DNA of 64,000 nt from a virus: the IMG/VR virus record IMGVR_UViG_3300012665_000925, positions 32,001-96,000 of that record, one strand, 5' to 3'. Within the stretch, counting starts at the first letter, position 1, and each line of letters starts with the position of its first letter. A program made the position numbers and the translations under genes. Positions 9,217 to 20,100 of the stretch are shown here, piece after piece. The notes under the pieces are model-generated. The model made no database searches. It was not told the DNA's origin and was given only the letters and a program-made list of their open reading frames with translations.

Positions 9217-10619
9217 TGACAGTTGACTATACAAAGTCTGGTGCTCAGGGTTTAGAAAATAAAATTGTTAATCAGGGACTTACTAAAGTTCCGTTCCCGA
9301 ATATTACGGGTCTCACTCTTGCTGCTGATATCCACCTGAAACATCCAGACATCGCCGAAGAACTCACCTTCAATACTATTGACTCAGACAACAACGTCTG
9401 GGTAATTACCGACATTCAAAACTGGTGGAACATGCCAGAGCCAGAACTTCCAGACATTGCTCGCGGTCTAGACGACGGCTCTTATGACGTTCGCGGGCGT
9501 TGGAGAGCTAGAAGCATGACTGTGACTGGTTCGATTCTTGTGTCAGACGCATCTAAAACAGCCGCTGCCCGTCAGAAACTTATGGAATACTGCAACCTTG
9601 TCTACACGGGCGGTTGGTTGATTGTTGACGAGACCCCTTACCGCAAGGCTGCCTACGTGCGTCTAGTCGGTCAGCCGACATTCGAGAACCCTACTCCTCG
9701 TGGTCGTATCAACTTTACAATCCCGCTAAAAGCGGCTGACCCGCTAAAGTACTACTGGAACCGAGCCGACACAGATGGTTACACTTATGCCAACAGCATT
9801 GCCACGGCTAACGTAATCAATAACGGTAACTATCAAGTAGCTGGTGTATTTACTGTTACAGGTCCAATTACTGCTCCCGCATACATTGTAGCCAACAACG
9901 CAACTACTAGCACCAGTCAGAAACTGACAATCACAGCTAGTCTTCGTGATACCACCTACACTACTGGAACTACCTATACCGAGTTCTCTGGCGGTACTGC
10001 AATCATCACAGCTAATGCTGTAGCTAACGCTAGCCACGGATTCCTTGTTGGTGACCGAATCACTATTACTGGCTCTGGAACTAGGTTCAACGCAACAAAC
10101 GTTGCCGTTACTGCAGTTACTACCAGCACTATCTCTTACGAGAAGCCGATTGCTAACATCACTAGCATCACCCACTCTGGTAACGTAGCTGCGGTAACCA
10201 CTGCGGCTGCTCATGGATTAGTTGCTGGTGACACCTTCTACATCAAGGGGAGCAGCAACCCAGTATTTGACGGGGGCTACACTGTTCTAGCCTCTCCGAC
10301 CCCTGGAACATACACATTCTCTTATTCAAAAGTAACCGCTAACCAGGGCTCTGGCTACGGCGGTACGCTGTCTCCTCAGCTGGCATCTACAGCTTTAGGT
10401 TCGCCTGGAGCAGTTACCCTAGCCGTAACCGACACTATGAGCATCGATACCTACAACAACACTGTTGTTTACCGAGGACTTCCTGACTCATCGCGCTCAA
10501 CGCTGGCTGTAAACGTTGACTGGATTAAATTTAAACCTGGGACTTCAGTAGTTACTTTCTCTCCGACTGCAGGTGCAGGAACGTGTTCGCTCAAATACCG
10601 CTCTGGCTGGATAGGGTAA
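9216..10619 (+). CDS. distal tail (Dit-like) minor tail protein with inserted repeat domains
   Basis: Follows the tape measure. LKAADPLKY and C-terminal WIKFKPG...YRSGW motifs. Two internal HG(F/L)xxGD modules. Confidence 0.75.
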   Translation: MTVDYTKSGAQGLENKIVNQGLTKVPFPNITGLTLAADIHLKHPDIAEELTFNTIDSDNNVWVITDIQNWWNMPEPELPDIARGLDDGSYDVRGRWRARSMTVTGSILVSDASKTAAARQKLMEYCNLVYTGGWLIVDETPYRKAAYVRLVGQPTFENPTPRGRINFTIPLKAADPLKYYWNRADTDGYTYANSIATANVINNGNYQVAGVFTVTGPITAPAYIVANNATTSTSQKLTITASLRDTTYTTGTTYTEFSGGTAIITANAVANASHGFLVGDRITITGSGTRFNATNVAVTAVTTSTISYEKPIANITSITHSGNVAAVTTAAAHGLVAGDTFYIKGSSNPVFDGGYTVLASPTPGTYTFSYSKVTANQGSGYGGTLSPQLASTALGSPGAVTLAVTDTMSIDTYNNTVVYRGLPDSSRSTLAVNVDWIKFKPGTSVVTFSPTAGAGTCSLKYRSGWIG

Positions 10620-10656
10620 AATAGTCTTATAGAGACGACCCGACGTGAGGATGTAA

Positions 10657-13600
10657 ATGCCAGACGGTATAGCACTACCAATTACGAGCGCTAATGCGCC
10701 TCGCTACCGCTACTATACGGTTAACATTGTCACCAACAAGGTAATCGGTGAAATCCCTTTTGAAGATGTTAGCTACGAGCGTTCAGTAAAAGCTCCTGGT
10801 CCTTTTGAAGGAAAGATTACTGTATCTGAGCAGACTAACGACTTGGACCTCTACAACGCCACCCTACCTGGCAAGACTGCTCTTTACGTAGTCCGCGACG
10901 AGACCCCAGTTTGGGGCGGAATTATCTGGGGCCGCACCTACGACCTAGTTGGTCGAAGCCTTGCTATTTCGGCTTCTGAATTTACAAGTTACCTAAGCCA
11001 CCGAATTGTTTGGAAGACCTACTCGCACAGCTTTACTGCAAAGCTGACTAAGGTAACCGACAATGGCTATGTCAAAGTTTCTGTTCAGAATAAGACGCTC
11101 AAAGAAGCCCTCACAATTACTGACGCTAGTGGTAACCCGACTACTGTCAGCATCAACTTTGCCGACAACGCTTTGCGTAAGTACAATAAAAATTACAATG
11201 TTGTTGGACTAGCTAGCACTCCTGCAGCTCCTGCTGACCCAGGGCGTACCGCATTCTATGTTGATATGCCACTACTGCCAGCTAAAAAAGGTATCTACGA
11301 TGGTGTAGGCGTATCTATGAAAGCAGATACCTACGACTACTTACGCGATATTCTTACCTCTACCTTTGCTGACTTCACCGACATACAGTTCCCGAACGAG
11401 GTAATCGAGCCAGGTATCCGTGAAGCCTACACCGTGAAGACTAAGCAGTTAGCTGCCTCTAACTCCACCGTTGGTGTGGCCACGCTAACAACAGAAACTG
11501 ACCACGGGCTAACCCTGGGGCAGAGTGTTGAGATTTCGAATGTTGACCCTCAGCTAGATGGTTTGTATGCGGTAAGTGAGATTCCAAACAAGCAAACATT
11601 CAAATACAACATCGTTAATCCTGTTGCAGCGTATGACCGTTCTACGAAGATATACCTTACAAACATTGCTACTGCGAATGTTGTTGACCAGAGAGATACT
11701 GTTGCTAGGCGCAGGGTTACTACCTATATCTCTCAGTACATCACCAATATCTCTAGAGTAAGCGGAGTTACCACTCTAACTTTTGATGGTGTTCACAATT
11801 TTGAAAAAGGACAGAAGATAGTTCTATCTATCGAAGCTTCGCCTTATGTCTACTTTATGATTTCTGTGACCACGACAAAAAATGGTAAAAAGACCACTAA
11901 AAAGGTGAAGACTAATACTTTTGATTACAAACAGTGGAATCACACGGTCCTAGTAACATCTGCCACTGACGAGACCATCACCTTCGATGAGCCTAAGTAC
12001 AAGGCAGCTAAGTACAATAAAACTTTTGATACTGTAACTCTCAATAAGAACTCTGCCAAGAGCGCGGAGCCAGTATCCACACTGCAGCTCTACCCTAGCA
12101 ACTCTTCTGGCTACAACATTGGAGACAATGTATACGTTGATGGTGTCGACCAGCCAGAATGGCCGTATGGTGTGTACGACGGGTATCAGAAGATTTACGA
12201 CGTCAGCCCTGGTACGGCAATAAAAATCTCCTCATACGAGTCTCTTCTATCCAATTCTAACGAGGACGAGACAGAAGATACTGTAGTTGTCCGCTACACT
12301 TGCGACGCTGACCCAGGGATTGCCGAGCAGGATGAGTTTGTTGTTTCTGGCATTACCGCATATCCTCAGCTGAATGGTACTTTTATTGCCGCTAAGCCTT
12401 CATACAAGAGCAGCACCAAGTGGATTGTAGAAGTTAAGAAAGCCATTGCAATTATTTCTTCTACCGCTCAGTCTTCTGGGGCAGCACTGCGTAAAAATGG
12501 TGACAGTTGGATTGCTTATAGGCCAAACACTAGTGAGCTACGCTACAGCTTGAAGAGCGAGCCAAATAACGTGGCTGCGGTTGTTAAGATGTCTTACACT
12601 AAAAAAACTAAAACAGTAAAAGTAGTCACTAAAGAGCGTCACAGCTTTAAGGTTGGCGACAACGTAAGACTCGAATATGCAAAGTCCAAAAACAACGTCG
12701 ACCAAAAAACCTATGGCGGTAACATAGTCATCACTGGCGTTAGCGACTCGGACACCTTTACTTACGTGCTTGTCAAGGGTAGACACAAGCTGGCTGCCCC
12801 GACCTCTGACGTAGCTGTTGTGACTAAGACAGCTACTGCCACACTAATCTCCAGCAAGACTGCTATCACCCCTGCATTAGATATCCCTATCTTAGCTATT
12901 AGAGGAGAGGCTACTTCTGATGCCTATTCAACAATCACTGTTTATGCTGATGACCATGATTTAAAAAGCGGTGATTTCATATCAATCAGCTATGCTAATG
13001 CTGCTTACAACGCGATATCTACCAAAGAAGAGCCAGTCCAGGTAACTACTGCTGGAGATAAGTATTTTAGATATCAAGTTGGTGGCCCTAGCTTTGGCGG
13101 AGATACGACAAATGTGTACAGCCTAGAGTACATGAGCAGCTCTAACGTTCGCGTAAAAGTTGCTAAGAGCACTGCCCTAACCGCTCTTACAGCTACAATT
13201 ACTTCTGTTGATTTCTCTAACGTAGCCAATAATCAAGTAGTATTCACAACAGCTTCTCCTCATGGCATTGTTGCTGGTCGTAAGGTATCCATCACTGGGT
13301 TCCCTCAGCCTTCAACTACCATAAGAACTTCAACCAATACTGCGGTTACGGTTACTAATATCTCCTACCTCAGCCAAGACAACTCCATCACTGTAAGATT
13401 CTCGGCCCCGCACGGACTGAGTGACGTTGATGACATTGGTGCAAAACTAAAGATTAGCGGAGCACCAGACACGGCTCCGTATCTCACTGATACCGACTAC
13501 ATTAACGGCCTACCTCTAAAGTCCTGGCTGAACTCTTCAACTGGCCACTACATCGCAGATGTTGTTACGCCTACCGAAGTGTCGATACCTCTTATGGAGT

Positions 13601-15600
13601 TTAACCGCGACTGGGAGCTGTATGGCAGTTCTCTATCTGGTCTATCTGCATACTTGATAACTGAGACAAAAACTATTTCCAGTGCTACCGACTACTCGAA
13701 GCTAAACTTTGTAGCTGATGTTGTATCTGTACCTTCTACAACCAAACTTGTGTTCAAGTATCCTGGCGTAGATGACGACGGATTTAGTGGGACCTACACC
13801 CCAGGCGTCACTGTCACAGCTACTGCTCCCGCTTATAGAAACGAGACAAGCAATCAGCCAGAGGTTGGTGACCTATTTGGCTTGTCTGGATTTAGAGATA
13901 CCAGCATTAGCCTGTACTCATACTTGAATAGGGACGGGTATACCGTCAATGATATAGGCTCCGTTCCTTCTCAGACGGCAAATACGTACATCTATCTAAC
14001 TCCTCCAAAAGTTAGTGGAAAGTACATCAAGTATGCAAACGCAGTATTCACTGCTGGTAAATACCCGACCCTGAGCCGTGGCTTTGACGTTAGCGGTAGC
14101 GTGTATCTAAACCAGTCTGTTCGCGATGCCACTGAGGACCGAAACTCTTACACAGTTAGTAAGGTCACCAGAGCGGCCGACAATGTTACAACTACTCTTT
14201 ACACCAGCATTCACTCTATAAATGTTGGCGACTATGTCGTAGTAGACATGTTTAAGGATAGTTTTGATGCTTTCACCCAGAACTACAAGCCATTAAAGGT
14301 GACGGCAACCACTGCCAATAGCATCACCTATGTGATGTCTACTAAGACTTCAATCGAGTACATTTCCTGGAACGCTAAAGTAGCCACTGTTTACTTTACT
14401 GGCGGTTCTGATGCTCGTCACAATTTTGTTGTTGGAGACACCGTAACTATCGCAAACATCCCTGATGCTGGATTTAGCGGGACTGGTAAGGTTATTACCT
14501 CGGTCAGCCCTACAAGTATCTCGTTCACCAACACTAGCCCTACTGCAAAAATTAAGAAGAAAACTACAGCCAGTACTGCCACGGCTACAAGAACTGCATC
14601 AGTTACTATTACTGATAGCTCGACTGACGGCGTAATTACAAAGGTCCCGACTATCTACAAACGACCAGTTGTGTATTCTAAGACCTACGGTGAGTACCCT
14701 AATAACGCTAGTATCGGTGGAATCACATTCTCCACTATGGACTACAGCAATAAAGGAATGGCTAACTCTCCAATCTTCGGAAGCGACCTTCAAACAGTTG
14801 CCGAGATTCTAGACAAGTACTCTAATGGTCTCAATGGGTTTGATTACCGCATTGACCCTGGTCTATACACTGATACTGACGGGGTAAAGAAGTTCACTCG
14901 CAAGTTTGTGCTGATTCCTATCTACCCGCCGACTCTGACCTCGTACCTGAATACGCTGCCTGGTGGCAAGCTGGCTCGCGGGCAGGTAGCTACTCCAGCT
15001 GCTCTGGGTGCGGACAAGGTCATCTTCGAGTACCCAGGAAACGTGACTAACGTCAGCCTTGCTGAGAAAGCCGAGACTTCTGCGACGCGTATCTTTGTTC
15101 GTAGCGGCGATGGTAAAGCTGGTTCTGGTACAGAAGTAGCGTACTCTGCAGCAGCTGACTCAGACCTGCTTGCCGATAACTGGCCACTACTTGATAAGAA
15201 GGAGACAGTTGCCTGGCCTCTACAGGCTTCAGGAACAGATGCTGGAACCACCCCAACCAACACCGACACCTGGGGAAACCACGATGACGAAACTGACTAC
15301 CACACAAGTGCGTTAAGATTTTTAAGTGAGTCAAAACCGCCAGCTGGTGATTTTGTAATCAACGTTAATGGTTCCGTGACTCCTGTAATTGGAAGCTACA
15401 ATCCTGGAGACTGGTGCTCAATTATCATCAATGACAACTTCGTCAAGACACGCCTAAACAGCGTACTCGAACCAAGAAAAGACGTCATTGTTCGAAAGAT
15501 TGATGCCATCAAGGTTTCTGTTCCAAATAACCCAGCGTTCCCCGAGCAGATTAGCTTGACACTTATTCCAGATTGGCAGGTCGACTCAGTTGGCAAATAG
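10657..15600 (+). CDS. large minor tail / hub protein (Gp37-like) with about 11 inserted repeat modules
   Basis: N-terminal IGEIPF and PVWGGIIW, C-terminal FEYPGNV and GSYNPGDW. Central T...H(G/N)xxxGD/Q modules. Confidence 0.75.
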   Translation: MPDGIALPITSANAPRYRYYTVNIVTNKVIGEIPFEDVSYERSVKAPGPFEGKITVSEQTNDLDLYNATLPGKTALYVVRDETPVWGGIIWGRTYDLVGRSLAISASEFTSYLSHRIVWKTYSHSFTAKLTKVTDNGYVKVSVQNKTLKEALTITDASGNPTTVSINFADNALRKYNKNYNVVGLASTPAAPADPGRTAFYVDMPLLPAKKGIYDGVGVSMKADTYDYLRDILTSTFADFTDIQFPNEVIEPGIREAYTVKTKQLAASNSTVGVATLTTETDHGLTLGQSVEISNVDPQLDGLYAVSEIPNKQTFKYNIVNPVAAYDRSTKIYLTNIATANVVDQRDTVARRRVTTYISQYITNISRVSGVTTLTFDGVHNFEKGQKIVLSIEASPYVYFMISVTTTKNGKKTTKKVKTNTFDYKQWNHTVLVTSATDETITFDEPKYKAAKYNKTFDTVTLNKNSAKSAEPVSTLQLYPSNSSGYNIGDNVYVDGVDQPEWPYGVYDGYQKIYDVSPGTAIKISSYESLLSNSNEDETEDTVVVRYTCDADPGIAEQDEFVVSGITAYPQLNGTFIAAKPSYKSSTKWIVEVKKAIAIISSTAQSSGAALRKNGDSWIAYRPNTSELRYSLKSEPNNVAAVVKMSYTKKTKTVKVVTKERHSFKVGDNVRLEYAKSKNNVDQKTYGGNIVITGVSDSDTFTYVLVKGRHKLAAPTSDVAVVTKTATATLISSKTAITPALDIPILAIRGEATSDAYSTITVYADDHDLKSGDFISISYANAAYNAISTKEEPVQVTTAGDKYFRYQVGGPSFGGDTTNVYSLEYMSSSNVRVKVAKSTALTALTATITSVDFSNVANNQVVFTTASPHGIVAGRKVSITGFPQPSTTIRTSTNTAVTVTNISYLSQDNSITVRFSAPHGLSDVDDIGAKLKISGAPDTAPYLTDTDYINGLPLKSWLNSSTGHYIADVVTPTEVSIPLMEFNRDWELYGSSLSGLSAYLITETKTISSATDYSKLNFVADVVSVPSTTKLVFKYPGVDDDGFSGTYTPGVTVTATAPAYRNETSNQPEVGDLFGLSGFRDTSISLYSYLNRDGYTVNDIGSVPSQTANTYIYLTPPKVSGKYIKYANAVFTAGKYPTLSRGFDVSGSVYLNQSVRDATEDRNSYTVSKVTRAADNVTTTLYTSIHSINVGDYVVVDMFKDSFDAFTQNYKPLKVTATTANSITYVMSTKTSIEYISWNAKVATVYFTGGSDARHNFVVGDTVTIANIPDAGFSGTGKVITSVSPTSISFTNTSPTAKIKKKTTASTATATRTASVTITDSSTDGVITKVPTIYKRPVVYSKTYGEYPNNASIGGITFSTMDYSNKGMANSPIFGSDLQTVAEILDKYSNGLNGFDYRIDPGLYTDTDGVKKFTRKFVLIPIYPPTLTSYLNTLPGGKLARGQVATPAALGADKVIFEYPGNVTNVSLAEKAETSATRIFVRSGDGKAGSGTEVAYSAAADSDLLADNWPLLDKKETVAWPLQASGTDAGTTPTNTDTWGNHDDETDYHTSALRFLSESKPPAGDFVINVNGSVTPVIGSYNPGDWCSIIINDNFVKTRLNSVLEPRKDVIVRKIDAIKVSVPNNPAFPEQISLTLIPDWQVDSVGK

Positions 15601-18600
15601 ACGCATAAGCCGTAATAAGAGCTTTGCCTCTTATGTAAATTCGATTAACCAAGACGTAAATGCACTTAAAAGTACCAACACTGGCGGAAGCATTAGTGCT
15701 GGTGCAATCTCTGGTGAAAACCTAAGCGAAACAGTAACGCTATTTGGAAGTTCAATCCAAAGCAACAACTACGCTCCTGGAGCTGCTGGTTGGAAGATTG
15801 ATGGCACTGGTGTGGCAGAGTTTGCGGATGTCTATGTCCGTGGTGATATTAATGCTGAGACTGGAACTATCGGTTACTGGAATATCAGTCCAGTAGATGC
15901 CACCCGTCACATTGGTAATGACCGAATCTTTGGTACGTTCCTAGAGTCTGCTCAGATTGGAATCAATGACGATGAGCGAGACGATGGCGTTTATGTGTCG
16001 CTCTACAAGACCTATTTCGAGGACGCACTCCCCGTAACGGACTGCAGACGTACTGCCAACGTTGCAACTATCACGGTTCCAGGGCACACGTACCAAGCTG
16101 GAGATTACATTAATGTTTTAATCGACCAGGATACAACTTTTAACGCGTCCCCCGTTGCTGTAAGAATTGATGAAGTTACCGAGTTTACGGTTAGTTATGA
16201 GAACACAGGCTCCGACTTTCCTACTGCCAACTCTACAACTGGAATCCTATCTAGCACAGCGGTAACTGGTACCGCTCAGTATTTCCAGAAAGACTCTGCT
16301 GGTCTATTTGTTCGTGACTACGGAAAAGTTGACTTCGACTACGGGTACTTCTCTTCTGAAGGCGTTAAATATGCCGCGGGCCAAGCAGTTAACTTGTTCC
16401 ACAATCCGAGTTTTGAATATGGCTACGTGCTTTACGAGGCTGACAGTACTCCCGACCTAGGTACATGGACTATTGTTTCTGGTAGCGGTAGAAGTGCCAC
16501 TAACTCGGCTGCCACATTTAGCTCCAACTTCTACCCATTGACGGCTGGAAGTTTTGTTGGCTGGGAGTTTAAGATTTCCAACACTGGATACTACACTCCC
16601 ACTACTGACTACATCAAAGGCGTAGTAGATTACGCGGGAGCAAAAACATACAAAGTATTTGGCTCTAGTGCTGGTACAGATAGAGAACTTACTTTCAGTG
16701 CGGACGTGTTCTTCTCCCCGACACACCAGGCAATGACTCCTAGCGGAGTAACTGTGACGGCACCAAACTTGGTGTTTACTTTTGCATCTAATCCTTATGC
16801 ATTAGTCGGAGATATGATTTATCTAGACTTAGATATCTGGGACGATGCTTATACCTACAGCTCTGCCACGCAAAAAACTGGCGACAGACTGTTTAAGGTA
16901 AATGCTGCTAACGCAACTAGCCTCACAGTTACTAACCCCTGGGCGTTGGCAATAACAGGTGCCACTATAGAATCAACCACCTCTGGCAGACCAGCAACTA
17001 TTTATCACATTGCTGATGGTCAGCAAGTGACAACTGTAGCCCTAACCTACTCAAACGCATCAGTAAACACTATTATGACCTTGACTGCACCCAACCACGG
17101 GTTCACTACTGGAGATGTCATATATCTAGATGCAAACGTATTTGACTCTGACCCAGACTTTGCTTATAACAACTTTGCAGAGTTTGGTGTTGGCGATGAT
17201 GGTCACACCTTCACAGTTAAATCCACAACGTCGACAACAGTTGTCGTGGAGGTCCCGAATGCGGATTACCAACCAGCTGGATATACGTTATCTGGTCGAA
17301 CTAGCGATAGTGGATATGTTAGACCTGCTGCTATCTATTCTGGAAAAACAGTTTTGTATAGTTATGACTCTGCGAAAATAGAGTTTTCTAATGGAACTAC
17401 TACCACCCTATATAGCGTTCTTACCACGGCATCCAAAGCTGAGTGGAACGATGTGGCTAACAGTGTTGTAAATAAGATTTCTACATATATTCCAGATGAC
17501 TACATTGCAGCAGCCGTAAATAAGAATATCTCTATGGCTAAGGGCTCTAATAGTCCTTTTAGAATAAGCGCGTATGCCTTAGATGCCGCATATCAGTCCC
17601 TTGACCCGACTGGGCGAGCTGCCTCGGCTAATTTCTACATCAGACTCCCACTTGGGTTCTATGAGGCTGACGGTACAACAGTGCTAAAAGCTAAGGCGGA
17701 TAGCCTAGCTCAGACTGTTCGTCAGACATATGACAACATTCAACTATCGACTGGTTCGGAGTTCTTTTTTGGTGGAGATTCGCACTCGGGAAGTTCCTGG
17801 GCCGACACCACACTAATTCCTGCTACGTACTCTGTTGGTACTGCAGATTCTTGGATTGATATTAGTGTTGAGAACGGCACTAGCTCTATCGACCACATCT
17901 CTGCGCTAACATTCATACCTACTGGTACTACGGTCTTGTATAACCCAGCATCGATTGCTCCTATTGCTCCACCGTCTTACGACTACTCACCTTATCAAGT
18001 GCCTGGTTATGTGTCATATGGGCAAACCACTTTATTAAATGCCAATCAGTCTACTTACTTGGTAGACAGTAGCATGCTAACCATCGAGGCTGGTAAATCT
18101 GGCTACATTAGTCCGAGTGGAACCATCACGTCTTCTGGTAGCTACCTGACTGGAGTTTCTGGGTCACTGGCTTCTGGTTTTGAGATGGTGGCATACAAGG
18201 ATAGCGAGCTCTCTTCCCCGATTTCTTCAATTGGAGTTTGGGTAGACCATGATAACCTCAGCTACGCGTCTATTAGCGCTGACAAAGTCTATTTTAGAGA
18301 CTCTTATGATAATAAGACCCTTGCCTCGGACTATAGAGTAGCAAGTAGCGGTTCACTGCCTAAAGATGAGTTTGGCAGCTATCTGCCAGAGATGGCGAAT
18401 CACGTAGTCTACCTAAAGAGCGCTACTAATATAACCACTACCAACACTTCATACACCTATGGAACATCTAAGCTAGGTGGGTATTTTAGAACTGGAGCTT
18501 CTGGAAAAACTTTGGTTAATTTTGGCATGAGGACCGACAACTCTACTACTGGTAGCGTGTATGGGAACGTTGAAATTAGACTTGGAACAGACTCAGATGG

Positions 18601-18805
18601 AGTGCCTACAACCAGCGGTACTGTGGTGTCTAACTACGCAGCGGTTGTTGCTCAGAGCCAGGGCACAAATATCCACACCAGTACTTCAGCCTGCCTATAC
18701 CACCTACTACCACATACTACGTACTATATTGCTTTTGGGTGGTATGTTAGCTCTGGTACTGGTAGTGCTTATGACCGATTCATAATCGTAAATCAAATTG
18801 TTTAG
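15590..18805 (+). CDS. tail fibre / receptor-binding minor tail protein
   Basis: SNNYAPGAAGWKIDGTGVAEF motif, NLFHNPSFE, Ser/Thr-rich beta domains. End of tail operon. Confidence 0.7.
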   Translation: MANRRISRNKSFASYVNSINQDVNALKSTNTGGSISAGAISGENLSETVTLFGSSIQSNNYAPGAAGWKIDGTGVAEFADVYVRGDINAETGTIGYWNISPVDATRHIGNDRIFGTFLESAQIGINDDERDDGVYVSLYKTYFEDALPVTDCRRTANVATITVPGHTYQAGDYINVLIDQDTTFNASPVAVRIDEVTEFTVSYENTGSDFPTANSTTGILSSTAVTGTAQYFQKDSAGLFVRDYGKVDFDYGYFSSEGVKYAAGQAVNLFHNPSFEYGYVLYEADSTPDLGTWTIVSGSGRSATNSAATFSSNFYPLTAGSFVGWEFKISNTGYYTPTTDYIKGVVDYAGAKTYKVFGSSAGTDRELTFSADVFFSPTHQAMTPSGVTVTAPNLVFTFASNPYALVGDMIYLDLDIWDDAYTYSSATQKTGDRLFKVNAANATSLTVTNPWALAITGATIESTTSGRPATIYHIADGQQVTTVALTYSNASVNTIMTLTAPNHGFTTGDVIYLDANVFDSDPDFAYNNFAEFGVGDDGHTFTVKSTTSTTVVVEVPNADYQPAGYTLSGRTSDSGYVRPAAIYSGKTVLYSYDSAKIEFSNGTTTTLYSVLTTASKAEWNDVANSVVNKISTYIPDDYIAAAVNKNISMAKGSNSPFRISAYALDAAYQSLDPTGRAASANFYIRLPLGFYEADGTTVLKAKADSLAQTVRQTYDNIQLSTGSEFFFGGDSHSGSSWADTTLIPATYSVGTADSWIDISVENGTSSIDHISALTFIPTGTTVLYNPASIAPIAPPSYDYSPYQVPGYVSYGQTTLLNANQSTYLVDSSMLTIEAGKSGYISPSGTITSSGSYLTGVSGSLASGFEMVAYKDSELSSPISSIGVWVDHDNLSYASISADKVYFRDSYDNKTLASDYRVASSGSLPKDEFGSYLPEMANHVVYLKSATNITTTNTSYTYGTSKLGGYFRTGASGKTLVNFGMRTDNSTTGSVYGNVEIRLGTDSDGVPTTSGTVVSNYAAVVAQSQGTNIHTSTSACLYHLLPHTTYYIAFGWYVSSGTGSAYDRFIIVNQIV

Positions 18806-18811
18806 GATATT

Positions 18812-18949
18812 ATGTTTAGAATACTAAAAATAGATGGCCCAGACGGTGGCTATGTTTACATCGTCTATGATGTAGTGTCTAAAAAAGATATTGCATCTTA
18901 CGGCACATTAGAAGAAGCTTATAAAGATTTAATAAGTCGTCGACTTTAG
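18812..18949 (+). CDS. small hypothetical protein (45 aa)
   Basis: MFRILKIDGPDGGYVYIVYDVVSKKDIASYGTLEEAYKDLISRRL, read manually. AGGA RBS. Fills the gap after the fibre gene. Confidence 0.55.
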   Translation: MFRILKIDGPDGGYVYIVYDVVSKKDIASYGTLEEAYKDLISRRL

Positions 18950-18953
18950 ACTA

Positions 18954-19481
18954 CTATTTAGAAGTTGACTTCTTATTTTGTAGTTTTACTCTTGCTGCTC
19001 TCTTGCGGGCTTGTTCTTTTTGTGCACGAATCATTCGTTCTGCTCTTTGAGCGTGGTAAGCGTCTACAGCATTTGCACTAGTTCTGCTCTGCCATTCAAA
19101 ACCACACTCGGTACACTCAACCATACGCATTGTCGCCCAGCGGCCACCATTAGGTCGCTCTACAGTTTTTGTCACTAGGTCCAACGTCTTTGTGTCGCAA
19201 CCTGGGCACTTAGGGAATCGCTTACGACGAATCTCCTGACCTTCCCAGTTAATGGAAAGTGTGCGTTTGATTCGCTTCTGGTCCATGCCACCCCAGACGC
19301 CGTCCTTCTGCTTATCTTCTAGTGCCCACTTAGCACACTGGAGACGAACAGGGCAGTCGTTGCAAATTATTTTTGCAGATGCAATATCTGTTTTGTTGTT
19401 GGAGAAAAATATTTCAATCTTTTCTCTGTACTTTGGCTTAGCACACTCGGCATCTTCATGCCACTCTAGGTCTGAACTCAC
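18954..19481 (-). CDS. whiB: WhiB family transcription factor with C-terminal Zn-ribbon
   Basis: WHEDAEC...FF...AKIICNDCPVRLQC...GVWGG, plus CPGC and CTEC pairs. Confidence 0.85.
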   Translation of the reverse strand: MSSDLEWHEDAECAKPKYREKIEIFFSNNKTDIASAKIICNDCPVRLQCAKWALEDKQKDGVWGGMDQKRIKRTLSINWEGQEIRRKRFPKCPGCDTKTLDLVTKTVERPNGGRWATMRMVECTECGFEWQSRTSANAVDAYHAQRAERMIRAQKEQARKRAARVKLQNKKSTSK

Positions 19482-19825
19482 GGAATCTCTATTTCTACAA
19501 AAGTGATTTCCTGAATATCTTCTATTAGGTCTCCGAGAGGCGAGTTACCGTCTTCATCGCAGAAGGTTAGGTACTCATCCCCACCGACTGAGCCTGCCCA
19601 GCCATGCTGAGTATCTCCGTTGTCTATAAGTTTGAATGCCTCGGCCAGACTGTGCACAATCCCGTCACGCTGTAGCGTAGATGCGAGGGCACGCTTCACT
19701 ACTTCATGCTCTATGTCTACGTGTTCTTCTGTGTAGAACACCAATCCAAGGTCGCCTTTAGTGTACGGAAAGTCGTAACCTTCCCACTCAGACCAAAGGG
19801 CCTCGCCTTTTCTAGAATCTTTCAT
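19478..19825 (-). CDS. hypothetical protein
   Basis: 115 aa acidic. Leaderless promoter (TAGAAT 6 nt before ATG). Confidence 0.6.
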   Translation of the reverse strand: MKDSRKGEALWSEWEGYDFPYTKGDLGLVFYTEEHVDIEHEVVKRALASTLQRDGIVHSLAEAFKLIDNGDTQHGWAGSVGGDEYLTFCDEDGNSPLGDLIEDIQEITFVEIEIP

Positions 19826-19884
19826 ACTATGATTCTATATTGACGAGACCCTTCTATATGGTCTATAATCCGTGAATTACAAAT

Positions 19885-20100
19885 TTAACCACCAGGGGTG
19901 ATTACGTAGCCATTCTTCAATTTACCGTGAGCAGTCACTTCAAACTTAGAGTCAAGTAGCTCGACTTTCAGTTCTACGTCTACCTTGTCTGGCACTTCGT
20001 CTCGGTCAATCCCTAGGAACCTACCGATGTGATTCATAGCGGCGTCTTTAGCAGACTGGTAATCCGTAGCAGTGAACTTTAATTCGAATGAAGTACGCAT
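19885..20100 (-). CDS. hypothetical protein
   Basis: 71 aa, translationally coupled to the upstream gene. Confidence 0.6.
   Translation of the reverse strand: MRTSFELKFTATDYQSAKDAAMNHIGRFLGIDRDEVPDKVDVELKVELLDSKFEVTAHGKLKNGYVITPGG

Noticed and set aside
15590-18805. Diversity-generating retroelement target in the tail fibre
   Set aside because: No reverse transcriptase and no adenine-variant template repeat seen in the window.
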